A DNA stretch of 50,943 nucleotides, taken from the NCBI GenBank assembly GCA_018398765.1, contig JAHBMJ010000282.1, positions 1 through 50,943 on the forward strand, given 5' to 3'. Every line of letters starts with the position of its first letter. The stretch's first letter is position 1. The notes beneath the pieces were generated by a model that was not told where the DNA came from, ran no database searches, and saw nothing but the letters and a program-made list of their open reading frames with translations. The translations under genes and the position numbers were made by a program. The stretch is from Chromera velia. Lineage: Eukaryota. Shown here piece by piece: positions 1 through 13,339 of this stretch.

Positions 1-183
1 TCTCTTGTGTGTAGGCCATGTGTGTGCGCGCGGGTGTGTATACGTTGTAAGTGTGCGTCTGTAAGCATGGGTTTCTGCATGCCTGCTTGTCTACTTACCT
101 GCCTTCTGGCCTGTCTCTCTGTCTTTCTTTCTTTCTGTGTGTCTCTTTCTCCCTCCAGGTCCACCTACATGCATGCACGTTTG

Positions 184-215
<32 letters not shown>

Positions 216-435
216 TGTGGACATGCATTTCTACTCGTCTGTTTATTTGTTTGTCTGTCTGACGGTGTTCCTGCCTTCCTTCCTCTCTTCCTTCCAGTCT
301 GCGCTTCCGTCTACCTGCTTTCCTCGCTGCATGTATGTCTGCGACAGGACTAGCGGATGGACGGACGGACGGACGGACGGACGGACGGCTTCTGTGTGCT
401 CTGGTCGGTTGGCTGGCTGGCAGTAGCTTGCTGAC

Positions 436-1678
436 CCGATGTGTGCTAAGCTGTAGTGGGCGTGGAGGGCCCTTTCCGAGACAAAGAGTCCACTGCAACC
501 GTTGCACCTCCACATGCGCCGGACCACGTCTTTCCCCCTCCCCCCCTCGGCGGCCTGCCCTGACGGGTCCACAAAGAAGACTTGTTCGCCTTGGCCTCTA
601 CGGGATTTTTTCAGCCCAAAAGAAGAAGAAGAAGATCGATAAGAGGCTGTTTCTCGCTTTTCACCTCCCGAACGTGTGGGGAAACGCGAAGCCTCAGGAG
701 GGTACAGAAGCGCCAAGCTCAGTGGGCTCTTTCCTTCGAACACGACTCCCCCTTGAGTGCCATCACTGCCATCGCTTGCAGATGCGTATTGATACACGCG
801 CTGCACAAACGGAGGAGAAGAAAGGAAAGGAAACCAGAATGAGCCAGCTGCAAACAGGCTGCATGAAGAAAAAGAGGGAAGGAAAAGAAAGAAAAGAAAG
901 AAAGAAAGAAAAGAAAGAAAGAAAGAAAGGAAGGAAGGAAGCAAGGAAGGAAGATGTCTCCTCCCTGTGAATCCCTTGCTCGAGGGAGTAGTATTGCCTC
1001 TCTTCTGCCCCCTCGCATGTTGTATCTCTCTGGCAATTACGCGTCTCATGGGATCACTCTGGCCAGACATTCAGCCGACACTCATCCAATCTGCGGCACA
1101 TTCTACACGAACAGTCACGAAGAACTCAAACAGAGTCAGCAGTGCGCTAAGAAGGAGTGGACAGGAAATGCAGCAGGAGAAGAGAATGAGACACGAGTGA
1201 TTTCCAAGGGAGCAAGGAGAGAAAGGAAGTATGTGATCCATTAGCCGTCTCCTCCGTCTCCCTCTCTCTCCCGGTGCCTCCCTCAGCTGACCTCAGAGCG
1301 CATCGATGATCGCGGGGGCCGTCTCTCCCGTCCCCTCTCCAAGGACACGAGTGGCGGTATAACCATCGTCTCTGCGTCTCCAGCCTCCAAGTCCCTCCAA
1401 TTGACGTCTCCTGAAACTGAGTGAGATGCCGGGAAGCTAGGGAGAGGGGGGGCTGAGGCGGCGACTTCTTGCTCATCCGAGACACTGAGTGCTGTTCCTA
1501 GAGAAGTCTCTGTGGGAGGTGGGAGCTTCCCCATATGGTCCCGAAATGCAGTCCGAACCCGCATGTTGTTGCGGGGAATACCCGATATGAAGACGAAGGG
1601 GAGTTTTGAAGAGCCCCTCGCTCCGTTGGCAGGTGTGCAGATCAGCAGACTTAGAAAAATGATAAAAAATGATTGCAT
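436..1678 (-). CDS. Hypothetical protein with N-terminal signal-peptide-like segment and one C2H2 zinc finger; 3' end not resolved
   Basis: Exon 1678-1292 (MQSFFIIFLSLLICTPANG..., 129 codons, donor GTCAGC) splices in phase 0 to exon 800-436 (acceptor GTGCAG, donor GTCAGC). The second exon encodes WRCNGCSGLFVSERALHAHYSLAH (C-x2-C-x12-H-x4-H). Downstream exons not identified. Confidence 0.5.
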
Positions 1679-2352
1679 CTTCTGTGCAGGAAGAGAAGGA
1701 AGGGCTTTCCGAAGCGTTTGAGGGTGACTCCGCCGGTCATTGATGCTCTCGCATCTTGAGCAGTCCCCTAGCTCGTGTCTCCTCTCAGGCAACAGGCTGA
1801 GTCCGAACCACCGCTTACCTTGGACCTTCGTGGCTGCTTATCTGCTAACTCTCTGTGACAGTCAGACAGTGTGACAGATGTTCCGACAGCCATTCTGCCA
1901 TGATTCTGATGAAGGCACCCTGCTCTCTGACTCCTTCAATTTAAGTGATCGAACAAAGATCGGAGTCTCTCAAAATCTCCGTGCGAAACCGCGCGGAGCT
2001 TGTGGGGCATGCATGCTCTTTTTCAAATTGCTGAGATGAGATGGAAGATCGAAGTGCATGTCACATGCACATTGATTGCACATTGTCACACTGTATTAAA
2101 TTGAAATGCATTTGAATTGAGCCTGCTGCCCAACGCAAAGGAAGACAGCGCAGCTGCCTGAGGCACAAAAGGACCGCAGTGTTTATCAATGACGTGCTCA
2201 GAGAAGCCTGTGACTTGTTCGTCCCGCATTCCCGCGAACGGAAACCCGTCTACGCACATCCCAAAGATCTGCGTCAGACGGACAAACAACACGTAGACAC
2301 ATCTCTGACGTGCACTCCCCCCGTGTGTCCCTACTTTCCTTTGTGATTGATC

Positions 2353-3320
2353 ATGTCGACGTCCCCTCCCAGGCAGCGTGTGGTGTTCTACCACGGGGCA
2401 GACTTCCAAGAAGGGGACCAGAACCTTCTTCATGAAGAAGTCGAACCCGACGACGAATCCTTTTTGGACGTGTACTCGGATGAGTTTCCCTTCGACGCTG
2501 TCCCTGCAGAGAAAAACAAAAGCAAGGACACAAAGCAAAGAGACGTGCAACCGCCCCCCTCAGCCACTGTGAAACCCCAATCTGCCTTCTCTGAGATTTT
2601 TCAGGTTGTCAAAACGCGATTCAGGGACCCAAAAGACGACGCACTAAGAGACGCTCCGGACATCCAGCAGGCTGGGGGCAGAGAAGAGAAAAATGAGTTC
2701 CAGAGAAGGGCTCAGTCTGCAGGTGTAGACTGGACCTCCATGGCCAAAGAGCTGGGTTCTCTGCCTCAGGAATTGGAGCAGATGCACGGAGACGCCTACA
2801 GCGATGATGAAGCCTCCATGCAGACTGCGCAGGCCGAGCTGGAGGGTCTGTGGGGGTCTATCGAGAAGAGAAGTCCGTGGTGGATAGAGGGTTGGAGGAA
2901 GAGGAACTTCGTTCTGAAGGACAAGAAGTTCATTTGGTATCCGGTCAGTCAGTGAGTGCGGGGGGTTGCTTGGGGGGGGCGAGTCTTTGGGGCTTTCAAG
3001 ACAGAGAAAAGAGAAACCGTCGAGCAAGCAGAGAGACAGACGCACACTAAGAAGAGCATGGAGGCGGGCCGGTAGGCGGGTGCGTGAAAGTCCCAATTTC
3101 AATGAGCGGATAGAAAGAAAGACATGAAAGCAAACAGACAATCAGACATACTGGTGCGAGCAGTCTGGATGCCGGACAGAAAGGCCGCAAGATTCAATTC
3201 TCACACCAAGCGTATCTGGATGGACGTCCAAAACCAAACGGTCCCGCCTTTCCTCATTCGGTGGCAAAGCGTCACTGTTTTCAGCAAGAGACCCAAAAAC
3301 TTTGTGCATCTTTCCTCTCT

Positions 3321-3368
<48 letters not shown>

Positions 3369-6300
3369 TCTGCAGGCCAACAACTGGTGGGTACCTGGGC
3401 GCCCCGAATGACTTTTGCATCCTGGTTCATTCACTCCATCGGGAAATCAATCAATCAGATTGGTTTGATCAGCAAGATCCATCGACTGCCATTCATTCAC
3501 GCTCTAGATAGAACCAATTAGCGAACTGCCGGTTTCCTTACCTGAAAGGTAGGAATGCCGACTGGGTCTGATCTGAGAGGTGCCTACATTTTGAGAAATG
3601 CAGATGCAAAGAGAAGGACGAACACACTGCTTTACAGAAAGCCTCCTTCATCTCTCTCAGTCCCCCTCGGCCTGTGTTGGGTCATCTTTTTTGCTGTTGG
3701 GAAGTGGGAGCAGTGAAGAAGAGGAAGCCAAGTGGATGGCATCAATACAGACTCAGTCTCGCATGCGAAACTCTGCAGGTACGCTCCCATCGGCGTGCTG
3801 GATTTCGAGTTGGTGCCGTGTGCCGTCCACTGCTTGTGGGATGCGAAGGAGTCAGACGAGGGGGGGGTGGGGCTGGGGTGCGACTGCGGAGGCGGGGGTC
3901 TCAGGTTGGTCAGTCAGTCAGTCAGTCAGGCAGGCAGTCAGGGAGATGAAGATTAAGTCGATCGAAGAGTGAAGAAATGAAAAAGTGTAAGAGTGTGTGA
4001 GACATCGTTTGGCTTCAGTGTCGTTGAACGTCTGAAGGAAATCACTGAGGAAAGTCACTGAAAGAGTCGACTGACAGGCAGACAATCCCACTGGGAAAAA
4101 AAAGGAAAAAATTATTGAAAGGGACTGTTCTTTGGATCGAGCCGAGGTTTTCTGCATGGCAGAGCTGAATGAACGTTGGAGAAAAAAGATGCTGACTACA
4201 CGCCCCCCCCTCCCCCCTCCTGTGTGTGTGTGCGTCGCAGAGAGGGATTCTGCTGCGGTCTACCACGAGTGAGTTTGGCCTTCCAACAATAAAATGAATG
4301 ATAGGAAATGACTGAGTGAGTGAGTGAAAGCCTGCCTGCTTAAGTGATGACTCTCAGGAGCGTGCTCTCCGAAGTGTATTGTCACAAGAGTATCCTTCCA
4401 TGCGTGTGGGCGGGCGGGCGGGTTGTTCAACAGGACAGCCGCTATTCCGTTCACGTTGATGCTCGATGGTGCCCTTCCTTCTCGTCCCTTTTTGCCCTTC
4501 CTCCTCTCCCTTCGCACTCAAATTCTCCTGTCTGCCCCCCCCCCCCCCCCCCCNNNNNNNNNNCCCGCCCACTGCCTGCCTGAGTGCCTGCAGGAAGACC
4601 AAGTGATCTTCCGACTGGTGCCCCGGTTCTTCCCCGACAAGATTTTTGAGTTCAGGGGGCCCATCAAGCAAGTTCGTTCGTTCGTCTCGTTTGTTTGTCT
4701 TTTCATCTCCAGATATATTCTGCTGCATCTCACTTTGGCCGTCTTTTGAATTTTCTTTCGTTCTGGATGAAACGGGGCGGTGGCGAAGTGTACTCCTCTA
4801 CTGATGTGCAAGCAAAGTAACGAGGTGAAAAGGAAAGACACGCGAGAGGTCTTCCGTCTCTTCATGTCTTGTAAGGAACAGCTGGGCAGGGCAGAGAGAG
4901 ATGATCGAACTGAATGCGTCTTTCCCTTCGTCTTTCATGCGTCTTTCCCTTCGTCTTTCTCTTTCAGTGCCTTCCTTACTCCCACGCAGTCAGTCTCACC
5001 GAGTTCTTTCTTTTCTCTTCTCTCGCTCCCTTTCTGCCCTCCATCATGTAGGTCGGCCCTCTGATTCGGGGTCTGGCTCTGCACATCGCCGCCTCAATGG
5101 CCTCTGCTCCTTCTGTCCCCCCTCCCCCCTCTCCCTCCAATGGGAGGGGAACTTTTGGGACCGGGGGGGGGTCCAGGAGAGGAAGGGGCAAGAGACCAGA
5201 ACAGGGCGGCGTGACGGCCAAGAACTTCTGGAGATACAACCGGTCGGTCGGTCGGTTTTTTTCTCTCTCGATCATGTGAGATCGGTCGTTTTCTGTTCTT
5301 TCTTTGTCTTTCTGTTTTTTTTTTCTGGAACTGCTTTTGAACGAACTTTTGGGTCTGGTCGGTCGGTCGGTCGATCGGTCTGCTTTGTGCTTGCCTGCCT
5401 GCCTGGGTGATGGAGTGAGTGTATGAGTAGGTTGAAGTATGAATTTTCGATTTGTGCAGTGAGTCCGAATTGATCTGCCTGCCCATTTTCATCTGTCCGG
5501 AAGGTGGCATTTTTTCCCCCGCTTATCTCTGTATTCAGGTGCTTTGTTTTTTCGGTTGTGCCTTCTCTTGAAAAATGATAAACTGATGAGCTGTTCCTGA
5601 TGCTGCTTCGTCTTTTTTGTGCTTCTGAAGCGTGGAGTGACATAAGATTGCAAAAGAAGGGTGGCGAAACAAAAGAAACGAGTGATAGAGACCTTGCTCC
5701 TGGCTATGAGTACAAAACCCTCCTCTCTGAATTCTTTTCTTTCAAAAATACGGACGGCCGGACGTACAGGATCGGAGAGGAGACGTTCATCCAGGCCGCC
5801 CAGACGGGGGACATTCTGCTCTTCCGGGGAAAGTGCAGGTCTGTCTGTCTGTCTGTCTGTTGGGTGGGGGGAGGGAAGGGGGATGGCACGTGTGTGTGTG
5901 AGAGAGAAAGAGGTTGTCCCTCAGAGCGGCGAGAAGGCTCCACACAGCCGTAGGAGGGCCCCCCCAGAGGCGAGAAGTGTCCCATCCCCGCGAGAAATCG
6001 ATTACGACTGAAACTGTGGGGAACGATGTTGTTTCTGATTGTCTTTCTGAAGGAGCGTGGGCAAACAGACCCGTACAAAGGAGCAAACAAACAGACCGAC
6101 AGACAGACAGACTGACAGGTAGGCAGATCCATGTGTTTCTCGTACTGCCCGGACATAATCAATAGATGTCACAAAACTGCTCTAAAGTTCCAACTTGAAA
6201 ATCAATCTCCCTCTCTTCTCTCTTCTCTGTCTGCAGGGCAGCCCAGTTCACTCGTGCAGTCACAGGATCATTGTACGACCACGTGGGGATGCTCCTTAAG

Positions 6301-9300
6301 ACAGACAGGTGAGCTAGGTGGTGGTTAAGCGCTTGTTTGTTGTTTTGATTTTGGCCATGTGCGATATATCTTTCTGTGGACAGACAAGTGCGCATTGAGT
6401 GTGGGTGTATCTTTCTTCGTTCAGTTCTGCATGTGTCGAAGGGCAGGAATCCATCCAGAGTTTCCATCCAGTGCGAATAGACGGTCAGCCTCTCTGCTGT
6501 GGGCTGCACGCGTCCATTCTGCGGTAGAAAGAAGAAGGACGGCTGTGTCAGTCTGTCGGAGTGACCACAAGACTCCCCTGCGCTCTTTCTTTCACTGGAC
6601 TTGTTAATGGACTTTTGACGTTCTCATGCATCAGTTTCCGCTTTCTCATTTGCCTGGCCGAGCTCTGTATGCATGCAGAAACGAGCTGCTTATTCTGGAG
6701 TCCTCTGGAGGTGAGGGGGTTGCCCTGCTACCCTGGAAGGTGTTCAAGAAATACAAGTGGCATCTCCTCTACCATCGGCTGGTCTTCAGGTCAGCCAGTC
6801 AGGAGAGGGAAGGGAAAGGGAGGGAGGGCAGAGACGTTGTTTGGTATTGCATGGGTGAGTCGCCAAGTGAGAGCAGCAGGAGGGTGTGTGGAGAGTCCGC
6901 AATGCGATGAACACAATGAAGTCGGGAGAAGTGAAGAAGGAAGGGGAATCTGATGTCTCACCGTGCCCCCTGCTGATCATCGGTCTGTGTCTCTGTCTTT
7001 TCGTCTGTTCAATAGAGGAACAGGGGGGAAAGGAAATATGTGGTCTGTCTCTCTGTCTGTCTCTGTGTCTGTCTGTCTGTGTGAAAAAGAGGGAGAAGAA
7101 GAAGAAACATATAGTCTGTCTCTCTGTCTGTCTGAGAAAAGGAAAGGCAGGACGATATAGTCTGTCTGTCTGTCTCTTCCCTGACCTTCCTGCCTGGCTG
7201 CACCAGTCCCCGTGGCCACCCCCCGATCTCTGCATGCATGCAGGAAGACATACTTCGACAGATCCCCCCATTTGATCGGCGCTTTCCAGGTGGGTGGGTG
7301 GTGGGTGCATGTTCGATCGGGGCACAAAGGGGGATGAATGAATGAATGAGTGCTCGAATGGTTTGGCCTGTCGGCCTGGTGGTCTCCTGTCTGCTCATCG
7401 GCCCGCTAAGCATCCAAGCGCCTGGATTTCGCCCTCTTTGAGCACTCCCCCCCCCTCTCCTCCCTCGTTCTCCTTCACCTAAAAGAAGCCTCTGCCCCTC
7501 TACCGATAGGATCCAAAGCTTGGCACCCTATTACACTCCTGCTTTTCTGTCTGTCGATTTGATGCAGCGCTTCTTGAAGGAAGTCGTGGGGAAGCCGTAC
7601 GGCCTCACGGCAGAGAAGATCCTCTTTCGTCGCAAGTGAGTCAGTAAGTCAGGCTTCATTCTCTCTCTCTCTCCCCCAGGGTGCCCGTTGTAGACTCTTT
7701 TTTTTCTCCTCTCTTCTTCTGACAATCCACCTTATGTTCTCTGAGGACAGTCTCCAGGCCTGTGCTTTTTACTTGGAGGTAGAGCTACATGCATAGACAG
7801 GAATCGTAACTCTATGTACAAACTTCCCCTTCCATTTAAACCAACCGATCACCCTGCAGGTCTGCAGAGTTCGAGAAGGCGAATGACGGAGAGTTCAGAA
7901 GGGTCACGCACCACTCTGTCCCGCAGCAGCTGAAAGGGGAAGAAAAGGGAATGGGAAAGGACAGCCATCAAAATACTCTACAGACCGCACCTGATGGGTC
8001 GGTCAGTCAGTTGGTTTGTCCGTCCCGCTGTCGTAGAGCACAGAGAGCCTCCTTTAATTTATTCGCTTGGAGCCGAAGTCCGATTTTCAAATTCGATGCA
8101 TACATCCAGTCAATACACCCTTCTGCGTCTCAGAGCCTTTTTCCTCCTGTTTGTGTGTCATTCAGCACAAGCGACAGCAACTCAACTCAAAGTTCCGTGC
8201 GCGAACACGCACACAGTCTCTTCCATTTCCCCCAATCACCATTTTAATTCTCTGAGATCGAATTCCTGCCAGAGAGAGAATTAACTTGTTGACAGCACTC
8301 CCTTGCAGTTTCCATACTTGGATACGTCCAATGTCCTCACCCTCCCTCCCTCCCTTGTCCCCCCCCGCAGAGTCTCCGTAGGAGGAGCAGACGAGGAGGT
8401 CCAGAGCACTGGAGGTGGAGAGAGAGAGAAGGAGAGGGACTCGGAGGGGTTCCTCGACCCAAAGGCGAGACAGGAGGTGTGTCTGTCGATAAACCGGAAT
8501 CTGTATATTCATACAATCAAACCAGCCACATGCAGATACGAACTCTCTCTCCCTCTCGCACGCACGTACATACCCATTCAAATGAGAAAAAAGTGCAAAA
8601 GTGCAAACACAAGTTCTCGATCAGAGCATGCAAAGCAGAGAGCTGCAAACTGCAATGTACCAAAGTCGAACGAAAAGTCGCCATCGATCCCGTGCAGTCT
8701 CCTTCATTTGCTCTCACTTGTGGTGCTGCTTTCCCTTCTCTCGTTCCGCCCCATGCTGTCGTTGGTCTCCTCGTCTATCCTCTCCTCACCCTTAATTCCT
8801 CTGACCCGATTGATGGATGCAGGACAACGTGAGTGGGGAGGGCGAGAGCTTCCTCCAGAGGGCGGAGGCAATTGAGGTCGGTCTGTCTGAGTCAAAGCGT
8901 CAGACATTCGCTTCCTCTCAACTTTTTTCTCTCTCAAGAGTGTGTATCTGTGGGTGTGCACGTGAATGAATGCATGCACCCATGCAGGAGGGTGACCTTC
9001 CTCGCATGGCCGGGGGGGACCTGAGAGGGCTGACTGATGCTGAGACAGACTCTGACGTGGACTCCGTGGGCAACGCCAAGAAAGGAAAGGATGACGACGA
9101 GGGCGAGAGAGATTCCTACTTCTGTTCGGAGCTCGTGGCCCACTGTCTGAAGCGACTGGGCGTTCTTGAGGGGAAGAGGAGCGCATCTCAGTTCTTTCCG
9201 GGGTCCTTCTCAGTGCACTGCTACAGGGGTCTGCCTGTGCGAGACGGGTGTGCGATTGGGGAGGAACTCTGGATCGATTTCTCCCTTCCCTCCATGGGTC

Positions 9301-9308
9301 CTGGGTAA
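2353..9308 (+). CDS. PH-domain + permuted papain-like NlpC/P60 (YiiX/YebB, peptidase C92-like) protein
   Basis: 14 phase-consistent GT-AG exons: 2353-2943, 3376-3386, 3779-3904, 4358-4403, 4594-4671 (acceptor uncertain, N-gap at 4554-4563), 5052-5242, 5770-5838, 6237-6308, 6679-6789, 7244-7289, 7568-7635, 7860-8001, 8309-8476, 8988-9308. PH-like GSIEKRSPWWIEGWRKRNFVLKDKKFIWY...PIGVLDF. Permuted NlpC/P60 motifs QTGDILLF, YDHVGM, LILES, VGKPYG, YFCSELVAHCLKRLGVL and FPGSF, with His before Cys. Confidence 0.85.
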
Positions 9309-11507
9309 AAGTCATGCGTGTGGGTTCTCAGAAGAATACGGGAGAATGAAAAAAAAAAAAGAGCTAGAAGGGGGGGCAGTGCGTTCTCTGCCTTCTTTTG
9401 TTTCAAAAGTGAGCAGCTCGGCAATTATAGAAGCAGCCTTGCATCTTGCCTTGCATCATTTTACATGTCACGCAGGCTCTTTGACCAGCTTTTTCAACGC
9501 CTGATGAATGGCCACTCGCTGACTCACCGCGTTTTTTTTTTTGTATACTCTGTAACAGTTTCTATTTTTCGTGATGCAAGTCCTCAGCAGCAATGTCGGG
9601 CCGGTTAACTACTCGGGTATTTAGCAAACCCACACAACTCGGGAAAGACTATTCCGTTTTGGTTAGCACAGAGTTAAAAAGAAAGAAATCAGAGTAATGA
9701 AAAAAGAACAATTAAAAGTACAGATTAGCCTAGCTTTTCTGCGCACATCAGTCGGCCTACGGCTTAATAACCGGACCACCGATTGGAAAGGCGTGAGTCA
9801 CGTGATCCTTTCTTACACTACTATAGTTCAATTTTTTAGAGTTCCCGAACATCTTGATTCCATGCATTTGTATGAAATTCTGCAAGAGAAGACTATTTTT
9901 TTCTTTAGTTTTTTTATGTGACAATTTAAAATTAGATAAGACACCTTTTTTTTTTAGTCTCCAGTTATCCGCAGTTCATATATAGCCCGAAATACTTCGG
10001 TTCGCAATGTGCGCCCACTCTCGTATACTCCTATGTAGTCCTTCTCCGAAAGTACGTATAGTACGTACACACGTCTATAAACGATACAGGACCGCGGAGT
10101 GTCATGTAGTAGTCATGACACTCAATAGGATAAGCTAGATCATGATGGCAGTGGAAAGACTCTGTCCTAAACTGATTGACTGCAGAAGGTTCAGAAGGTT
10201 TCAAGTAAAGATCGTCAAAATACCTCGATCAATCTAATCCACATCTCATTCCCTCTAATCCAATCCCTCTCCAGAACAGTCGTTTTCAACGATATCCCCA
10301 CATTTGATAGAGAATCAAATGTGATATGCAAACAGACTGAATTCATGTGACAAGATGAACTCAAGCTACAGGACAGCAGCTACAAGACAACATTTATGTC
10401 CCAGAGCTAATTCATCTGCAAGGCAGTCACAACGTATGAGGACCAAGACCCCGGCACTCAAACACCTGCAAGAAGGGCCCGCGTCGCATCGGCACGTGTA
10501 CAATGCCTAAGCCCGCGCGGGCATCACCATCCGACCCGAGTCGTCCTGGCGCCGCCAGGCAGTCCAGAACAGGAAAGACACTAAAGAGAAAATAAATGTG
10601 TGGCGGCACAAAAAATATTGCGATATTTGTATACGCGGTGCGCCGCCGCGATCACATATGCAGCTCCATGTATGCGTGCATGCATGCGTGTGCATATATA
10701 TACATATTAATATTAATATATCAGTATCAGTAACTTACCTCCACCTAACGCGATTGTCGGCAATTTCCACGCGATCTGTGCGAGCTAGCTGTCTACGTTC
10801 GGCGCGTTGCATACTGAAACCGACCTTGATCTCGCTTGAGGGGCACATTTTTGATTCAGTCTGTATTTGTTTTCTGTTAATTTCTGTCTTTCCGGGGCCG
10901 ATATCTCACTCAGCGCTGCATGCATGGTCGATCTCTCCATGCATGCAATCATGGAAGTGATCTGATGCAGCTTGATTCTTTCTATACAGCTTTGTTTCCA
11001 ACTTTCCATCTTGGCAGTGACATGATATCATATCTCTCGTCGGATTGACATTCAAGTGTGGAAGAGTGGCGTACGGCTTCAAGGCCCCTGCACCTAGCTC
11101 ACATCCTACTTCGTATTCACGGATGTATAGTTATATATATACAGCTTATACACTCTTTAATTTTCGAATCTGCATGTATATATATATATATATTTGCATT
11201 GTATGTATCATAAATTCTGTATCGGTGTGCACGATCATCGCGTACACCCGCGCGTGCATGCATCGATATGATTCGTCCAATGTGCATGCATGCATATGCA
11301 TGGTGCATGGTCTTGTCGATCATCCATATTGAATGAGCTTTCGGAGGATGCTTCACTCACCAGAGAGCGTCTGACACGCAAGCAAGTAGCATTCTGTCCA
11401 TTTGAAAGCTCTGCTTGGAGACTGACTGCACGAACTTCCACCGGAAGATTTGAGAAAACGCGTTTGTGCGCCGCCACATCTTCACTCTTTCTTCTGCTGA
11501 CAGGAAC

Positions 11508-12485
11508 ATGGCTGGGCAGCCTGGGCGTGTCAAGGCCGGTGGCGGCAAGTCCTGTAATGGCCTCGCAGAACGGCTGTGGGTGTCTTCTCTGCGGGGAGCC
11601 ACACAAACCCGCAAAGGTCGGTTCTGTCGTCCCGCGTCCTGCGTCTGTCTCACTGCAGCCACACTTGTTCTGTGATCAGGTTGCGTATTGCTTCCTTTCC
11701 TTCCGGTCCCTCTCCCCATCCTCATTGTTCCTGCTTGTAAGTGCGTGCAGTCTCTGCAAAGAAGGAACTGTGCGTCGACGGGCTCACCCGGGCGCAAGCC
11801 ATCAAGAGAGGCACGAACCACTATTACGCGACAGTAAGTCCTAATTGCTCATGTATATAAAGCGACACAGATGTCCATTTTGGGACACGCCAACAGCCTC
11901 TACTGCCCCTTTCTTCCAGGAGGTTTCTTGACACACACCACCCCACATTGATATATGCTGAATTTGACCGTACATGGTGTGAGAGCATCCTTGGTGATTG
12001 CCTGGCTGACTGACTGACTGACTGACTTCACTGACTAATTGCGTGGTCTAATAAAGCATAACCCACCGATAGATGCTCATATCTTGACTCGCATGGTCAC
12101 TTGATTAGATAGATGGACATTGCGTGTTGCGCATTCGTCAATAAAGATCGCCAGCGTATGCGATGAAATAGTTTATCCCTGATGTGCCGCACATGACTCC
12201 GTGGAACTGCAGGCGGCTGAAAGACCCCCCCAGATGGAGGGCGAGAGCAAGAGAGAGTGGCTTCAACGGATTTATCCCTGGGAGGCCTGCAAGAGCTTCT
12301 TCGACGGCGAGGAAGACGACGAGTTGCTTGAACAGGACCTCCTTTGGGTGGTTGATCACCGTCTGTTCTTCCTCGGAATCATGGACTTCGGGTTCCACCC
12401 CCCTGTCCAGCAAAAAGGGACAGCCACAGGAAAGAGAAAGAGGCAGGGTGGGGATCGGGGGCCCGCCAAGAGGGCGTGGCGCTAA
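11508..12485 (+). CDS. Hypothetical 154-aa protein, 3 exons, basic NLS-like C-terminus
   Basis: Exons 11508-11616 (phase 1, GTCGGT), 11751-11833 (GTAAGT) and 12213-12485 join in frame: MAGQPGRVK...TRK-V-SAKKELCVDG...HYYAT-AAERPPQ...GKRKRQGGDRGPAKRAWR*. A possible acceptor just before the ATG means upstream exons may exist. No family recognised. Confidence 0.65.
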
Positions 12486-12779
12486 GCCTGAGATTGGCGG
12501 TGTATATTTCTGTAAATTTTCGAACAATGAAGGTCGTGCGTGGAGTGTGCATGCGGGTGGGGGGGGAATTGTGGGGGACAATCGATTGGGTTGCATGAAA
12601 GACCTGAACACTGCCACAACTTCAACACTCGCTTCCTGACCTATCCACCATCCTTCATCATGTCTATCCTGGGTGGATCTTTTCTTCCTTTCTTTCTCTC
12701 TCTACATTCTCTGTCGCGTAGATGGAGTCGGTTTTCACTTGAAGCTCTTTTAGATTTTATTACAGCTTGTCTTTTGGGG

Positions 12780-12921
12780 GGTACTCTCGCTTCGTGGATC
12801 CTGTCCTCTGTTTGTCTTCATCCTTTTGATTACGAGGTGATCAGTTGCCAGAAGAGGAAAAGGTGAAGGGGAAAGACGAGGGAAAGGGGCGGACTGAAAG
12901 TGAGAAACGGCGAAGAAGAAG
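12780..12921. repeat. Dispersed ~140-bp repeat, copy 1 (intergenic)
   Basis: GGTACTCTCGCTTC(G/C)TGGATCCTGTCCTCTGTTTGTCTTCATCCTTTTGATTACGAGG...TTGCCAGAAGAGGAAAAGGTG...GACGAGGGAAAGGGGCGGA is near-identical to 29484-29621. Confidence 0.9.
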
Positions 12922-13339
12922 GAGATGAAAATCAAGACGAAGGGGGGGGAGAATGTTTTCAGAAAAAACAAAAAAATCAATCAATCGGTTGACCCATCTT
13001 CTCCTGGTATGTCAAACGCCTGTCCGAAGAACCGAATACTTTCAGACGACAACTGAAAGAAACAAGAACCCAGGAGGAAGGTAGTTGAGCGAGAGGAGGG
13101 AGAAAGGAGAACATCCGGCACTTCACGAGGGATCGAGAGAAAAACGAAACGAGATGGAAAAGAAAAAAGAGAAAGGAGAGAGCAACCACAAAGTAAAAGA
13201 GGGAAGTGTCATACTTCAACTACTTCTCTGAAAATCCTCAGTCCAAAAGATACCTTCGATCACTTATGCGTTCCCCCAAATTAAATCGAACAACCCAGCA
13301 TGCAGTGCATTTGTGTCTTGCCTTTTCCATACAAATCAA

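Noticed and set aside
6880..6920. Candidate exon VWRVRNAMNTM in the PH-peptidase gene
   Set aside because: Phase-incompatible; exon 7244-7289 restores the frame instead.
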